A stretch of DNA of 64,000 nucleotides from Nemertoderma westbladi (taxonomy: Eukaryota > Animalia > Xenacoelomorpha): assembly GCA_032718475.1 (NCBI GenBank), contig JAUCBJ010007160.1, positions 1 to 64,000 on the forward strand, in the 5' to 3' direction. The notes beneath the pieces are model-generated. The model was not told where the DNA came from and searched no databases. It was given only the letters and a program-made list of their open reading frames with translations. A program made the translations under genes and the position numbers. Every line of letters starts with the position of its first letter. Positions within the stretch are counted from its first letter, which is position 1. Of this stretch, positions 22,032 to 35,600 are shown in pieces.

Positions 22032-23480
22032 ATGACGGAATTGATAGAAGATGACCTTGGTATTAGAGAGCGATATACTCTACCTTTACAAGCGTTTGTG
22101 GATAGCTTGATACACGGTGAAGCCGATCCGACTATTACGGAGGACGATGGTCGTTATATCGAACCGCCGATGTCCCAAGAGCAACTTACGCGTGAATTGG
22201 ACTATCGAAAATTAACCGCTCGCTATACGCATCGTAATGGTACGTATATGGACTTCTTAACTACCGGCCATCCTATCGATTTACATGATACGGACGATGT
22301 AGACACCGAAAGGGAAATGGTTCTATTTAAATATCATACCCAGCGGCGTCGTAACGATAAACCGAGAATAGATCACGAAAATTCTATTCGTAACAGACTG
22401 GGAAGACGAACCAATATGTCTAGAATCTGAGGAGATTCAGCCTATCGCGCTCGGAACAGCGACAACGATTACATCCTAGAATGGTATCAAGGTCCACAGT
22501 GTCTCACTGCGTACGATTATCGCCATGCCAACTATGTTTCTCGGCAACGTTGTCGGTTATGCGCATCGAGAGACCATGTTACGCCCATGGACACAAACGT
22601 CCGCTGTTCCTATTTCCACGAACAACCGGCGATGGAAATTTATTGCGCGTATTGCAGATTTAATAATTTGCACATTTTTGCGGTTTGCCCTCAATTTATG
22701 ACTCAATGTCACCATTGTCAACTAAAAGGACATGCCAGTTTCGATTGCCCTTTTAATCACGATTTGGAAAGCGTAGATGAAATGATCACACTACGTTACA
22801 TCAGAGCTTGGGAAGCGAACACTGATTTACATTGTGATTCGCGCCATCGCTATTATCCCGGACGCGCTTACGAAGGAGTTTATGCGTTACATCCTTATCT
22901 ATTCGCTTCGGTTGAACAGAAATCACGCATATCAAGTTACGAGCTACTGAAGCGCGTCGGAGAATGTATTTCAACCAAATTCGTACGCAAATTTCTCAGG
23001 AGTGTTAATCCTAGCGACCTTCATTCCTATAACTTAATCAATCATATCCGTCAGGATCCGGACTATGGAGAATTGTTTGTTAACTCACACCCTGAGTTAC
23101 AGGAAGTATATCGACGGCCTTACGAATACCGAGCCCGCGAACGCGAGTTGGAGAGGACCATTAAACCAAGGAAGTTTCTAACTGCCTATGGTCCACCCAC
23201 GGCCCTCGTTCAGACCACTCGTAAAGGACCCGTAAGAGCGGCTGTCTTGAAACGAGCTCTCAAAGCCGTTAGACCCCTCTCCCCGGACGTTGATGTCAAT
23301 CAACCCGGTACTTCGACCGGCGGATATACCGATCGTAATCCCATACCTTCTGATGCAATCATATTGCACCCTTCACCCAGCAGTTATAGCCCTCCTCGTA
23401 AAGTGGCTCGCCCCAAAGAGAAAAGGACTCTTGCTAACTTTAAAAAACTGCGTAAACGCCGTCCGCGCAAGAAAGACTAA
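22032..23480 (+). CDS. Extra 3' ORF (about 482 codons, one internal TGA) with three zinc-knuckle-like motifs and a basic C-terminus
   Basis: ORFs 22032-22430 and 22587-23480 share a frame and the gap is open apart from TGA at 22428. Motifs CRLCASRDH..C, CAYCRFNNLHIFAVC, CHHCQLKGHASFDC; ends KKLRKRRPRKKD; N-terminus conserved at 58411. Confidence 0.8.
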
Positions 23481-23550
23481 CTGTTTAGAGTATTTTTATA
23501 TTTTAGAAACTGTGATTTTGTATATTTTATAGACTTAAATCCCATTTTCT

Positions 23551-23558
23551 GGGAGCGG
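23551..23558 (+). promoter_or_regulatory. Short polypurine tract GGGAGCGG
   Basis: Abuts the TG of the 3' LTR. Confidence 0.7.
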
Positions 23559-25624
23559 TGTAAAAGCTTTTGTGGGATAACTGATTCGTTTGCCTTGCTG
23601 GCCAGTTCCCCCCCGGTCGCTAGAATACTCTAAAAGGGATCTATAGCTAAAATAGTGCAAGCTACCAGCTTATTGGCTGATGTGCTGTACGAAGGTATCT
23701 GGGTTCTGTTCGATCGGCCAACCAGCTTAGGGAGGTTGCCTCAGCCCTGCTGTCCGCATCGGCCAATAGAATTTGAGTGGGCGTTGATTTTGACCTATCC
23801 CAGAGCTACTGAACTGAATTTTCCTATCTCACTGCTCATCCTCTGTGTTGGACGGGAGCTTCGGGGAATAAGGGTAGTTGGTATCCTCGTATAGTCAAGT
23901 AGTCACATGTTTCTGTTGTTGTGTTCCCATTTTTCGCCATAACACCGGCTTTTGGAACAACTCTAGTAAAACTGCTTAAATTATCGAAAGTATAACTGTT
24001 ATTCGATCAATCAATCAACTAATCTAACTGATCTAATTAACTCACTATTAATCATATTGTTTGTACTGTTATTTACCGTCAGTTATTAATTGTATCTATT
24101 TGTTGAGGAAATATTGCTCTTTGGAGAATACTGATAAATCACCCAAAATTCCCAATTTTCTTGATACACTACAGGTTAGAGAGACAGGCTATATATAACA
24201 ATTGCGATTTATATCAATGTGGTGTGTATTGAATCTAATGTTATTTAGCAGACCCTACATGAGTCAATTGCTGCTCTCTTTATGTGTGATCAAATTTACT
24301 GACGGTCGGCAGAATAGTGTGCATGATTGTGATTGGTAACAAAGCATTTCCTAAAGAATGCGCCTTATACTTTAATCATAAGCAGTATCGTTGCGTTTAG
24401 TATAAGTCCTAGTTCTGTTTAAATAGATAGAGCGCCACGTCCTAAAGGAACTGTTAATATTTCCCGAAAGCCAATAATATCTGTCAGAAATTAATTATTA
24501 ACGATCTATCGAATAATACAATAGGTTTACACTGCAACCTTACACTGCAATAATAAAATTTAAGCAGCCGAATTCAGCCTCCCGGGTGTAGATCCATCGG
24601 GTGAATGATCGCGCATGGGCTGGCTTCGGTTAATGTTTTGTTTATTAGCATAAAATATTGTCGTATGCTAAAGGTGTTTTAATTAACTAAAAGACATATA
24701 AATTTTGGCAGGTTAAGGGGGGGGGTATACCCCCCCATGAACCTTTTTTTAAAATGGCTGTCAATTACTGTTAAATGATAATATTGCTATTTTGTCATGG
24801 TCAACCACTGTATGGAAGGCCAAATAGCATTTATAGTAAAATTTGAAAATTTGTAGCCTCCCCCTAGCGGCTGGCGGCGGAATTAAAGATTTCACTAAAA
24901 TTGCTACTAGTCCCTCAATTTTGGTCCAAATTTCTTGAAACCAACTTTTTTGGACTCAGCGTGATTGACTCTACAAAAGTTATCTTATAGAATTTTTAAT
25001 TAGCCAATTTTATTTTAATTAATTAATTTAATTAATTAATTATCATATTTTTCATTAAAAATGGCTAATTAGAAAAAATGGTAATATTTATCAAAATTCC
25101 ATAAGATAACTTTTAAAGAGCTTCCAAAGCTCGTTCGAATGAGCCAAAAACGAAGAAAATTGGTTGAAAAATGACGGAGGAGTAGTAATTTGAAAATGAA
25201 AAATGACATTCCGAGAAAATGCCCTTCAAAGTTTAAACCGTCCCGCCAAAATTGGCTGTCTGTGTTCTGGTTGGTTAATTATTTCTGGCACGAATGATGC
25301 ACACCAACGAGCTAAAATGTTCATTTCTGGGGTTTTCGGGGTCACTGATTTCATTTCCGATGTCAGTTTTAATTTTTAGTGGAATCTAGTCTATCTGTCT
25401 GTCTGTCGGTCTTCTGTCTTTCTTACAATTTGACGGACAGACCGTCGTACGGAAAAATAGTAATAACTCGAGAACTGAAAGAGGTCTCACTAAGCGGTTT
25501 TCAGATTTGTAATCCTCATTAAATTCTGCTCTAGATGAGATAAAGAAACAATAATTTGAAAATTTTACCTGAGGGGGGGTATACCCCCCCCTTAAACTGC
25601 TAAAGGTCTTCAAAAGCGCGAACA
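23559..25624 (+). repeat. 3' LTR (1187 bp after removing the nested MITE)
   Basis: Same sequence as the 5' LTR; 2066 - 879 = 1187. Confidence 0.96.
24717..25591. mobile_element. Kolobok-like MITE in the 3' LTR
   Basis: TTAA TSD (24713-24716, 25592-25595); termini GGGGGGGGGTATACCCCCCC / GGGGGGGTATACCCCCCCC; absent from the 5' LTR. TTAA with purine 5' termini fits Kolobok. Confidence 0.88.
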
Positions 25625-26329
25625 CAAATATGTAAGTTCCCGTGACATACTATTGTTATACATGTAACAGCCACTAACATTGGTTCCATGGGTAACAGCT
25701 CATACCAAATAGAATAATAGCCAAGGATAATAGGACAGTTAACCATGCTTGACTGGCGCCAGGTTGCCAAAACATGCAAAATGTTACTAAAGTTTGAAAT
25801 CACCCCCATGAGGAACCAGATTCCAGGGCCTACCTGCTGTGTAAGTACGGCTGTGCCTGTAAGTCTACCCTGTTATATATGTTGCCAGCTGCAACATTCA
25901 CCAACACGCTTTCTATATCAGGCAGACAAAACAACAGTTACAAGTAAAGAATGAACGTTACTTTCTATGATAAAGCACTATCCCGTGAGACTGCAACATG
26001 ATAAACAAACGAAACCGAGGGTTTTTGTTAACTCCCTGAGAATAACTAAAATAACTAAATACTGGTTAAAAATAATGCTATTTAATCCTAACACTGTAAA
26101 ATCTATAAGGCCACAAATGTGTGCTACTGTACATCTGTAAATAATACACGCTTTCATGGTACAAGGTAATTGTCATGTAATAAATAGCCAGACACAATTG
26201 GCCTCACTTCACTGACTGGCTAACATTTTTTGTGAGTCCCTTTCCCAATGATCTGAATTTATGGTCCAAACCATGGGTGACCAGGCCTGGGAGGCCAGAT
26301 TGCAAGGGTGAGAGGAATTCTGGAGTTGA

Positions 26330-29300
26330 AGGCTACTCTCATGTCCCACCCTGACCAACCAAGCCATTGGTGAACCTGGGGGAAGTCAATAGACTACCCT
26401 CAGTTAATACCCTGACACACAGGTCCCCAATGCGACAAGGTGAGCTGACTGCCCTGGCAGATAAGCTTTGCCTTAGTGCAGTGGGTGTTGAAGAGCACCG
26501 AATGTGGACTGTACAGACTGATGAGGTTCTGATTGAGGACATGGGGGGGGGGGGTGTTTGGCGACTTCCCTTACCTCAGCAGATTACAGTAGAAATGGAA
26601 GAATTGTTAAATCCAACTGTACTTGCAAAATACATAGACCAAATCACCAACCATTCTGTCAGGTCAGGTCTCCAGATCCTGCTACCACTATGGCAGTAAT
26701 GTGGTACTACCTGTAGCTGTCAGCCCAGTAGGGCAGGCCCGATAAGCATAGCCTATTCATTATTTAGTTGATCAAGAGTGGGTTGGTTTAGCCCCGTCAA
26801 CTAAATAAGTCATTGAGGGCTATAGCGCGTAGGGCACCATTGAAGGCAATGGCTTGATACGCATCTGCATTAGAGATGTTACACGCCCCACCCTGTATAT
26901 ACTGAATGCTCCTCTACCAGTCTTAGGTAACCTAACCCACGAGACACACTTGGTTCAGGTTGTAACAAATGGACCCCTACAGTCGGCAGCAGGGCTGTAG
27001 GCCATGAATAGGCGGAAGGTAATCAACCAACGGCTAGACATGCTGACAAGCTCGGCGGAAGGTAATCAACCAATGGCGACCTACTGCGAAGACGCTTGTA
27101 GGAGTTGCGACCACAAGCGGTTTACTCCCGCAACTGAAAGACCAACAAACAACACATTCGAAAAGAGTAAGGGGAAGCTATGGACCTTTCAATACCCTAA
27201 TGGAACCAAATCACAACTGGATTAATCCTTATAAACAAAAAGTGGAGAAACAGCATGATCAACTGCGAGGCATACAGCTTGTTCAACCTAATTGGTTCGG
27301 ACCACAGAATTGTGACTGCAGAGATCAGACTCAGTTTGAGAGCCAGCAAACCCAGGACAAGCAAGCAAATCAAATATGACTAGGAGAAACTCAGAACTGA
27401 CAATGCTGTAAAGGATGCTTATACAGTAGAAGTTCAAAACCACTTTGAAGCACTTCAATCAATGGATGAAGACCAATCCACCAATTCAATATACCAGAAT
27501 ATAATAACAGCCCACAAGGAATCAGCTAAGAGGCATATACCCCAGAAACCCAAACGAAAACAGTATGTGCCATGGCAAAACTCTGAGGTTACTTGTAAGA
27601 GAGAAGATCTTAAGATAGCCTACAAAGTTAAAACCGAACAACCAACAACCGATAACATTAACAAGATTGAGAAAGCTAAGGACGATCTTAAATTGGCCTA
27701 CAACATCAGCCAGGAAAAGTACATACAGGATAAAACTGAAGCAATTACAACTGCTCACATACAGCAACAATCAAGACTTACCTGGCAAACTGTAAATTAG
27801 GTATCTGGTCGGAAAAGTTGTGCAAAGGGGCGCCTCAAAGCCGATAGTCCTGAAGAACGTGTTGGGAAGTGGAAAAATCACAGCAACTTGCCTGGGCAGC
27901 CACCAAACATCGAGGTCAGCCCTACAAGAAAAATATATGACAAGACACTACCTATAGAAACAGGGGACTTCACACCTGCCGAACTCCAAAGAAGCATTAA
28001 AAGCATGTCCAACAATAAAGCGAGTGGATTAGATGAAACCCAGTGGAGGTTTGGAAAACCGGAGTGCTAATCAGACCATTATTGAATGTTTGCAACCGGA
28101 TGTTAAAATGGGAAAAGCCACCACCAATTTGAACTAAAGGTCAACTAAAGCCTCTCCCCAAGAAAGGAGACCTCAGCATACCAACAAACTATCGTGGGAT
28201 CTGTCTGCTTGTGGTAGCTGCCAAAATATACAATAAAATGATTCTATATAGGATTAGGCCTCACATAGAGAAACTACTGCGTAAGAGCCAAAACGGATTT
28301 CGACCAAGTAGATCAACAATAGCTCAGATACTTGCACTACGGAGACTGATGGAAGGAATTAAGTCAAAGAATCTCCCCGCATTCATGACTTTTGTGGACT
28401 TCAAGAAGGCATTCGACTCCATCCATAGAGGTAAAATGCTTGAAATCCTTAGAGCTTATGGAATACCAGAAGTAATTGTTGCAGGCATTGGATTGTTATA
28501 TTGTGACACAGAAGCGCAGGTACTCTCACCAGATGGTGAAACTGAGTTTTTTTCAATCCTGGCTGGCGTACTGCAAAGTGACACATTAGCACCATTACTA
28601 TTTGTAATTGTGCTGGATTACGCAATGAGGATGGCCACAAAGGGTGAAGATCTGGGATTCACACTTCAAGAACGCAGAAGTAGTAGATATCCGGCAACTA
28701 CAGTCACAGACACTGACTTTGCGGATGACATCGCCCTGCTCTCTAATACGCTTGCAGATGCACGCACAGCTTCTACTAAATAAAGTGGAGAGGGCTGCTA
28801 AGGAAGTTGGATTGCATTTAAATGCTACAAAGACCGAATTCATGACCTTTAATGTTGATGGAAACTTGACAACCATTGATAATAATCAACTAAGGAAGGT
28901 CGATGACTTCCAGTACTTTGGATCATGGATAGAGAGTATCAAAAAGGACATAGAAGTTAGGAAAGCAAAGGCTTGGGTAGCTCTATCTAAAATGGATACC
29001 ATCTGGAAATCAGATCTCTCCAGGCACCTGAAGACTAAGTTCTTTCGAGTCACAGTGGAAAGTGTATTGACTAAATCATTTGAACAACGAATTGATGGTT
29101 GCTACACAAGACTACTAAGTGCAACCCTAAACATCAGCTGGAGACAACACATGACAAACGCCGAGCTTTATGGTACAATACCACCAGTATCAACCACCCT
29201 CCGTGAACGCAGATTAAGATTCAGTGGGCACTGCTGGCGAAGTAAAGACGAGGTCATACCAGATCTACTTATCTGGCAACCAACTCATGGAAAGCGTAGT

Positions 29301-29463
29301 CGTGGACGACCGGCCATAACATATATAGATCAACTTGAAAGGGATACTGAACTTGGGAGAAACGAAATTGCGACAACTATGGAGAATCGGGAAGCCTGGA
29401 AGGATCTCATTTCCTGTCCACTGTCCGAGTTCGCTCGACCTAGTAGTAGTAGTAGTAGTAGTA
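26330..29463 (+). mobile_element. Degraded RTE-clade LINE (endonuclease and RT fragments)
   Basis: GVEEHR, WTFQYPNGTKSQLD, SQNGFR, VDFKKAFDS, DFADD, RLRFSGHCWR across frameshifts; (AGT)n tail at 29442-29463. Confidence 0.88.
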
Positions 29464-30313
29464 AATCACCAACTGCATCATCCATTGAAACTTCTCATGT
29501 TCCGTAAAACTGGCTAAAGTAGTTCTGATTGTGTGCTATTCACCCACTAGTGTTGCTCCAGGAGAGGAGGTGGAATATATCTACCACGATGGTGTGGATC
29601 AGCATGCATTTATTAAATTTCATGGGTGACTTTAATGCAAGTCTGCATCAATCATCTACATCACCCTGGGTCTATATTGGTGATTCCTCTGTAAGCAGGT
29701 TTGAGACTGGTTTGTTACTCAACTAGCTTCTGATTGGAAGGGGTTGGATTGACTCCGTCACCATCGCTCGGGCATTCTGTATTTATTAATAAACTATATA
29801 AATCTATTATTCCGGTATAAATAGACATTTTCACTACCTGCCAGGTTTATAAATATATAGTAACTGTGGGCATAAATGCATATATCTGCCTAATGTGTCT
29901 AATACGGTAGTGGTTTTCAACCTATCTGATAATTGGTATCAGACTCTTGGAGGCGCATTGGTAAATCCCTACCCTATTGGATGTTACCTGTGGTTGACAG
30001 AGCAAATAGTGTTGGTACGCAGCAAACTTCGCCCACGAGAAAGCGAGAAAGCTTCGCCCACGTCCAATCATCGCCGGGAGCAATCTTCGCCTTCAAAATG
30101 GATGTCAACAACATCATTTATTGTTTTGGTTAGAAAAAGCCGTCTCTGTAACCTGCCGTCTCTGTAACCGGCTCATTTCCCCCAATCGGGTGAAGGTTGG
30201 ACGCAGGTGAAGATTGCACCCAACCATGGTGCCGCCCCTGCAGAGCAGAGCATATATTACTTAATTCTATTGAATACTTTTGAAATGTTATGTTGGTTTG
30301 GGTGTACCCATAC

Positions 30314-30468
30314 CTGTATAGTACGGCTCAGAGAATAATATTATGCCGTCGGCTGGGATGACTCTCAGAGAGCTCATTATACCAGAAGTAGAGAGTTGAT
30401 CAGATGAATAAATCCCCGGATCTAGAATATCAGTTACCCCGTCAAACTCGTGTTCGTAAAGTACCATT
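30314..30468 (-). CDS. Host gene exon: beta/gamma-crystallin Greek-key motifs
   Basis: TTTCTAG| ... |GTATGG; 155 nt, phase 2-1: MVLYEHEFDGVTDILDPGIYSSDQLSTSGIMSSLRVIPADGIILFSEPYYTG (LYE..F.G, PG.Y, SSLR). Confidence 0.85.
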
Positions 30469-32079
30469 CTAGAAATATAATTGAAAGGGGCGGAACTCTA
30501 ATATTTTTGTTAAATAATGAATAATTAATGTTTTGACCTGAATTTTATAGTTTCGCAGTTGTCCTATGATTAGGTTTGTTCATGTTAAATATCTTTGATC
30601 TCGCGGCCTGCAGTAGCTACCTCAGGACTCATGGTAGTGAGAACCGTGGTAGTACTGCAGCTTGCGGGACACACGGTAGTACCCGGGAACCGTGGTAGTA
30701 ACTCAGGGAATGTGGTAGCCGATGACCGTAACTGGAATAAATGTATATGGGGTAGTCGGCCTCACTAACAACCAAAATTGGAAACCACTGGAAATTGTCC
30801 AAAATGTGGATATTATTGTTGGTTAGTTTGTGTTAAGTGTGTACATGTACAATATAGATATCTGCAATGCAATATATTTAAATTTAAATGCTGATGGCAC
30901 AACAATATATATGTAAGTGCGAATGCGTAATATTATTCTACATCAGCAATTTTTTAGATCTTGGCTGAAAAATTACAATTTTGATGGTATAAGGGTTTTC
31001 GAGGTCGCTGATCTCGATAAATCTTGTTAAAAATATTTTCTGGCAATGCGACCATCAATTTTTGGTCATTTTTTGGTCCCCCAGGACGAAAAGTACAAGT
31101 AAAAATTTCTCAAACTGAAAATCTTGTGATTGGCTTGATAATTCTCAAGGTATACAGGTTTTCATGGTCGCTGATCACGATACAACTAGTTGAAAATTGT
31201 GACAGGATCTGTGTTGGCCCAGGATCCCGACCGTTCGACTTTTGTAGTGAGGTCTGATACCTTGGTGATGGGCTAGCTGTGGCCGTAGGGCCGGTAATAA
31301 TAACTAGAGTTTCATTTGACCTTAGTGTTAATGATCTTAGTTAACCGATTGCCCAAATTACCGGTAGCCTATGGGACAAAAAAAAAAACTAGAGTTCATT
31401 GGTGTGCGACAAGGATTTGCTACTTCTGGTATCTTATTTGTAATATATCTAAATGAACTGATCCGTAACCTCAGGCTTTGCCAACCAGATGGGTTTCTAG
31501 AATGGCTACATTGTCTTTTATTCATGGATGATGCAGCCATTTGGGCAACAACTAGAGAAAGAGCCTTTGATAAATTTTCAGTATTGTGCAAATTTTGTGT
31601 GGATTATTGCATGCAAATAAATAGTGTAAAGTCGAAATTCATGGTAATAAACGGTGGAGCGTGTAATAGAGTACCATTCACAGCTTACGGTATCGTGATA
31701 AAACATTGCGATAAGTACACATATTTAGGGTCCATTGTATCGTCTGACGGCCGAGTACGTACTACAGTACGTGAGCATAACAGGGACAAACAGAAACACC
31801 TCCGCGCGCGAGCTGGGGGAAGATCTTCTCTGTGCTGGGGGTAAGAGCGCGTAAGAAAAGGGGGAAGAGGGGGAAAGAAAAGGGGTATGGATCTATAAAT
31901 AGCATCCAATGGGACGCCTCTATTTTACTACCGTTTTATACTGTAAACATACAGCTGTCTACCTTATTGAGAAGTGGTAATACTACTTATTAGTTGCTAA
32001 ACTTACCCCCACCCACCTATCATCACACACCTACTGTACTTAACCATACATACCCATTCCTACATACCTTCTTACACGT

Positions 32080-35000
32080 ACCCTCCCACCCACCTAAGAA
32101 CGTCGACTTAACTGCACCCACCCACCCACCTAAGCACACCTACTTAACCGAACCCACCTACCCACCTAAGCACGTATACTTACCCACACCCACCCACCTA
32201 CCTAAGCACAACTACTTAGCTGCAGAGCACGTCTACTTAACTGCACCCACCCACCAACATAAGCACGTCTAGTTAACCACACCAACCCACCCCCCCCCCC
32301 CCACCTAAGCACATCGACTTAACCGCAAGCACCCTCCCACTTACCTAAGCACACCTACTTAACCGCACCCACCTACCCACCTACTTAACCGCACCCATCC
32401 ACACTTCTAAGCACGTCTACTTAACCGCACCCATCCACCTGCATAAGCACGCCTACTTACCAGCACCCACCCACCCACCTAAACTCGTCTACTTAACCGC
32501 ACCCACCCACCCACCTAAGCACGTGTACTTATCCACACCCAACCACCCACCTAAGCATGTATACTTACCCACACCAACCCACCTACCTAAGCACACCTAG
32601 TTAACCGCACCCACCTATGCACATCGACTTAACCGCACCAATCCACCCACCTCAGCACGTCAACTTAACCACACCCACCCACACACCTAAGTACGTCTAC
32701 TTACCCGCACCCACACACACACCTAAGAACGTCTACTTAAGCGCAAACACCCACCCACCCACCTAAGCACATCGACTTAACCGCACCCACCCATCAACCT
32801 AAGCACGTATACTTACCCGCACCCACCCACCTACCTAAGGACACCTAGTTAACCGCACCCACCCACCCACCTAAGCACACCTACATAACCGCACGTGTAC
32901 TTAACCGCAAACACCCACCCACCCACCTAAGCACATCGACTTAACCGCACCCACCCACCCACCTAAGCACACCTACTTAACCGCACCCACCCACCCTCCT
33001 AAGCACGTCTACTTAACCGCACGCACCCACCCACCTAAGCACACCTACTTAACCGCACCCACCCACCCACCTAACCACGTCTACTTAACCGCAAACACCC
33101 ACCCACCTAAGCACATCGACTTAACCGCACCCACCCACCCACCTAAGCACGTATACTTACCCGCACCCATCCACCTACCTAAGGACACCTAGTTAACCAC
33201 ACCGACCTAAGCACATCGACTTAACCACACCCACCCATCCACCTAAGCACGTGTACTTACCCACACCCACCCACCCACCTAAGCACGTATAATTACCCGC
33301 ACCCACCCACCTACCTAAGCACACCTAGTTAACCGCACTCACCTAAGCACATCGACTTAACCGCACCCACCCACCCACCTAAGCACGTGTACTTAACCAC
33401 ACCCACCCACCCACACACCTAAGCACGTAAACTTACCCGCACCTAACCCACCTACCTAAGCACACATAGTTAACCGCAACCGCCCACCCACCTAAGCACG
33501 TATTCTTGCCCGCACCCACCCACCTATCCTAAGCACACCTAGTTAACCGCACCCACCTAAGCACATCGACTTAACCGCACCCACCCACCCACCTAAGCAC
33601 GTGTACTTAACCGCACCCACCCACCCACCTATGCACGTGTACTTAACCGCACCCACCCACCCACCACACCCACACCACCCACCCACCCACCTAAGCACAC
33701 CTACTTAACCGCACCCACCCACCCACGTAAGCACACCTACTTAACCCCACCCACCCACCCACCTAAGCGCACCTACTTAACCGCACCCACCCACCTTCAT
33801 AAGCACGTCTACTTACCCACACCCACCCACCTACCTAAGCACACATAGTTAACCGCACCCACCCACCCACCTAAGCACGTATTCTTGCACGCACCCACCC
33901 ACCATCCTAAGCACACCTAGTTAACCGCACCCACCTAAGCACATCGACTTAACCGCACCCACCCACCCACCTAAGCACGTGTACTTAACCGCACCCACCC
34001 ACCCACCTATGCACGTGTACTTAACCACACCCACCCACCCACCCACACCCACCCACCCACCCAAACCCACCCACCCACCCATCCACCTAAGCACATCGAC
34101 TTAACAGCACCCACCCACCCACCTAAGCACACCTACATAACCGCACGTGTACTTAACCGCAAACATCCACCCACCCACCTAAGCACATCGACTTAACCGC
34201 ACCCACCCACCCACCTAAGCACACCTACTTAACCGCACCCACCCACCCACCTAAGCACACCTACTTAACCCCACCCACCCACCCACCTAAGCGCACCTAC
34301 TTAACCGCACCCACCCACCTTCATAAGCACGTCTACTTACACACACCCACCCACCTACCTAAGCACAACTACTTAACTGCACCCACCCACCCTCCTAAGC
34401 ACGTCTACTTATCTGCACCCACCCACCAACCTAAGCACGTCTAGTTATCCACACCAACCCACCCTCCCACCTAAGCACATCGACTTAACCGCACCCACCC
34501 ACCCACCTAAGCACACCTACTTAACCGCACCCACCCACCCACCTACTTAACCGCACCCACCCACCCTCCTAAGCACGTCTACTTAACCGCACCCAACCAC
34601 CTGCATAAGCACGACTACTTAACCACACCCACCCACACACCTAAGCACGCCGACTTACCAGCACCCACCCACCCACCTAAACACGTCTACTTAACCGCAC
34701 CCACCCACCCACCTAAGCACGCGTACTTATCCGCACCCACCCACACACCTAAGCATGTATACTTACCCACACCCACCCACCTACCTAAGCACACCTAGTT
34801 AACCGCACCCACCTATGCACATCGACTTAACCGCACCCATCCACCCACCTAAGCACGTGTACTTAACCGCACCCACCCTCCCACCTATGCACGTGTACTT
34901 AACTACACCCACCCACCCACCCACCAACACCCACCCACCCACCCATCCACCTAAGCACATCGACTTAACGGCACCCACCCACACACCTAAACACGTCTAC

Positions 35001-35600
35001 TTAACCGCATCCACCCACCCACCTAAGCACGTGTACTTATCCGCACCCACCCACCCACCTAAGCATGTATACTTACCCACACCCACCCACCTACCTAAGC
35101 ACACCTAGTTAACCGCTTCCACCTATGCACATCGACTTAACCACACCCATCCACCCACCTCAGCACGTCTACTTAACCACACCCAGCCACACACCTAAGC
35201 ACGTCTACTTACCCGCACCCACCCACCCACCTAAGCACGTCTACTTAACCGCAAACACCCACCCACCCACCTAAGCACATCGACTTAACCGCACCCACCC
35301 ACCCACCTAAGCACGTATACTTACCCGCACACACTCACCTACCTAAGGACACCTAGTTAACCACACCCACCTAAGCATATCGACTTAACCACACCCACCC
35401 ACCCACCTAAGCACGTGTACTTAACCTCAAACACCCACCTAAGCACATCGACTTAGCCGCACCCTCCCACCCACCTAAGCACACCTACATAACCGCACCC
35501 ACCCACCAACCTAAGCACGTCTACTTAACCTCACCCACACACCAAACTAAGCAAGCACGTCTACTTAACCGCACCCAACCTCCCCTACCCCTACACACCT
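32080..35600. repeat. 36-bp C-rich minisatellite (CCTAAGCACGTCTACTTAACCGCACCCACCCACCCA), roughly 95 degenerate copies
   Basis: Directly visible. Confidence 0.95.

Larger units (their letters stand above)
10922..25624 (+). mobile_element. Full-length non-autonomous Bel/Pao-type LTR retrotransposon (copy 1)
   Basis: TG..CA LTRs at 10922-12108 and 23559-25624; 5-bp TSD CAAAT (10917-10921, 25625-25629); Bel/Pao triple zinc knuckle and LLDSGS protease; purine tract before the 3' LTR. Confidence 0.95.

Noticed and set aside
29840-29990. Possible extra host exon on the minus strand
   Set aside because: The phase-compatible frame stops after four codons, and the flanking exons join without it.
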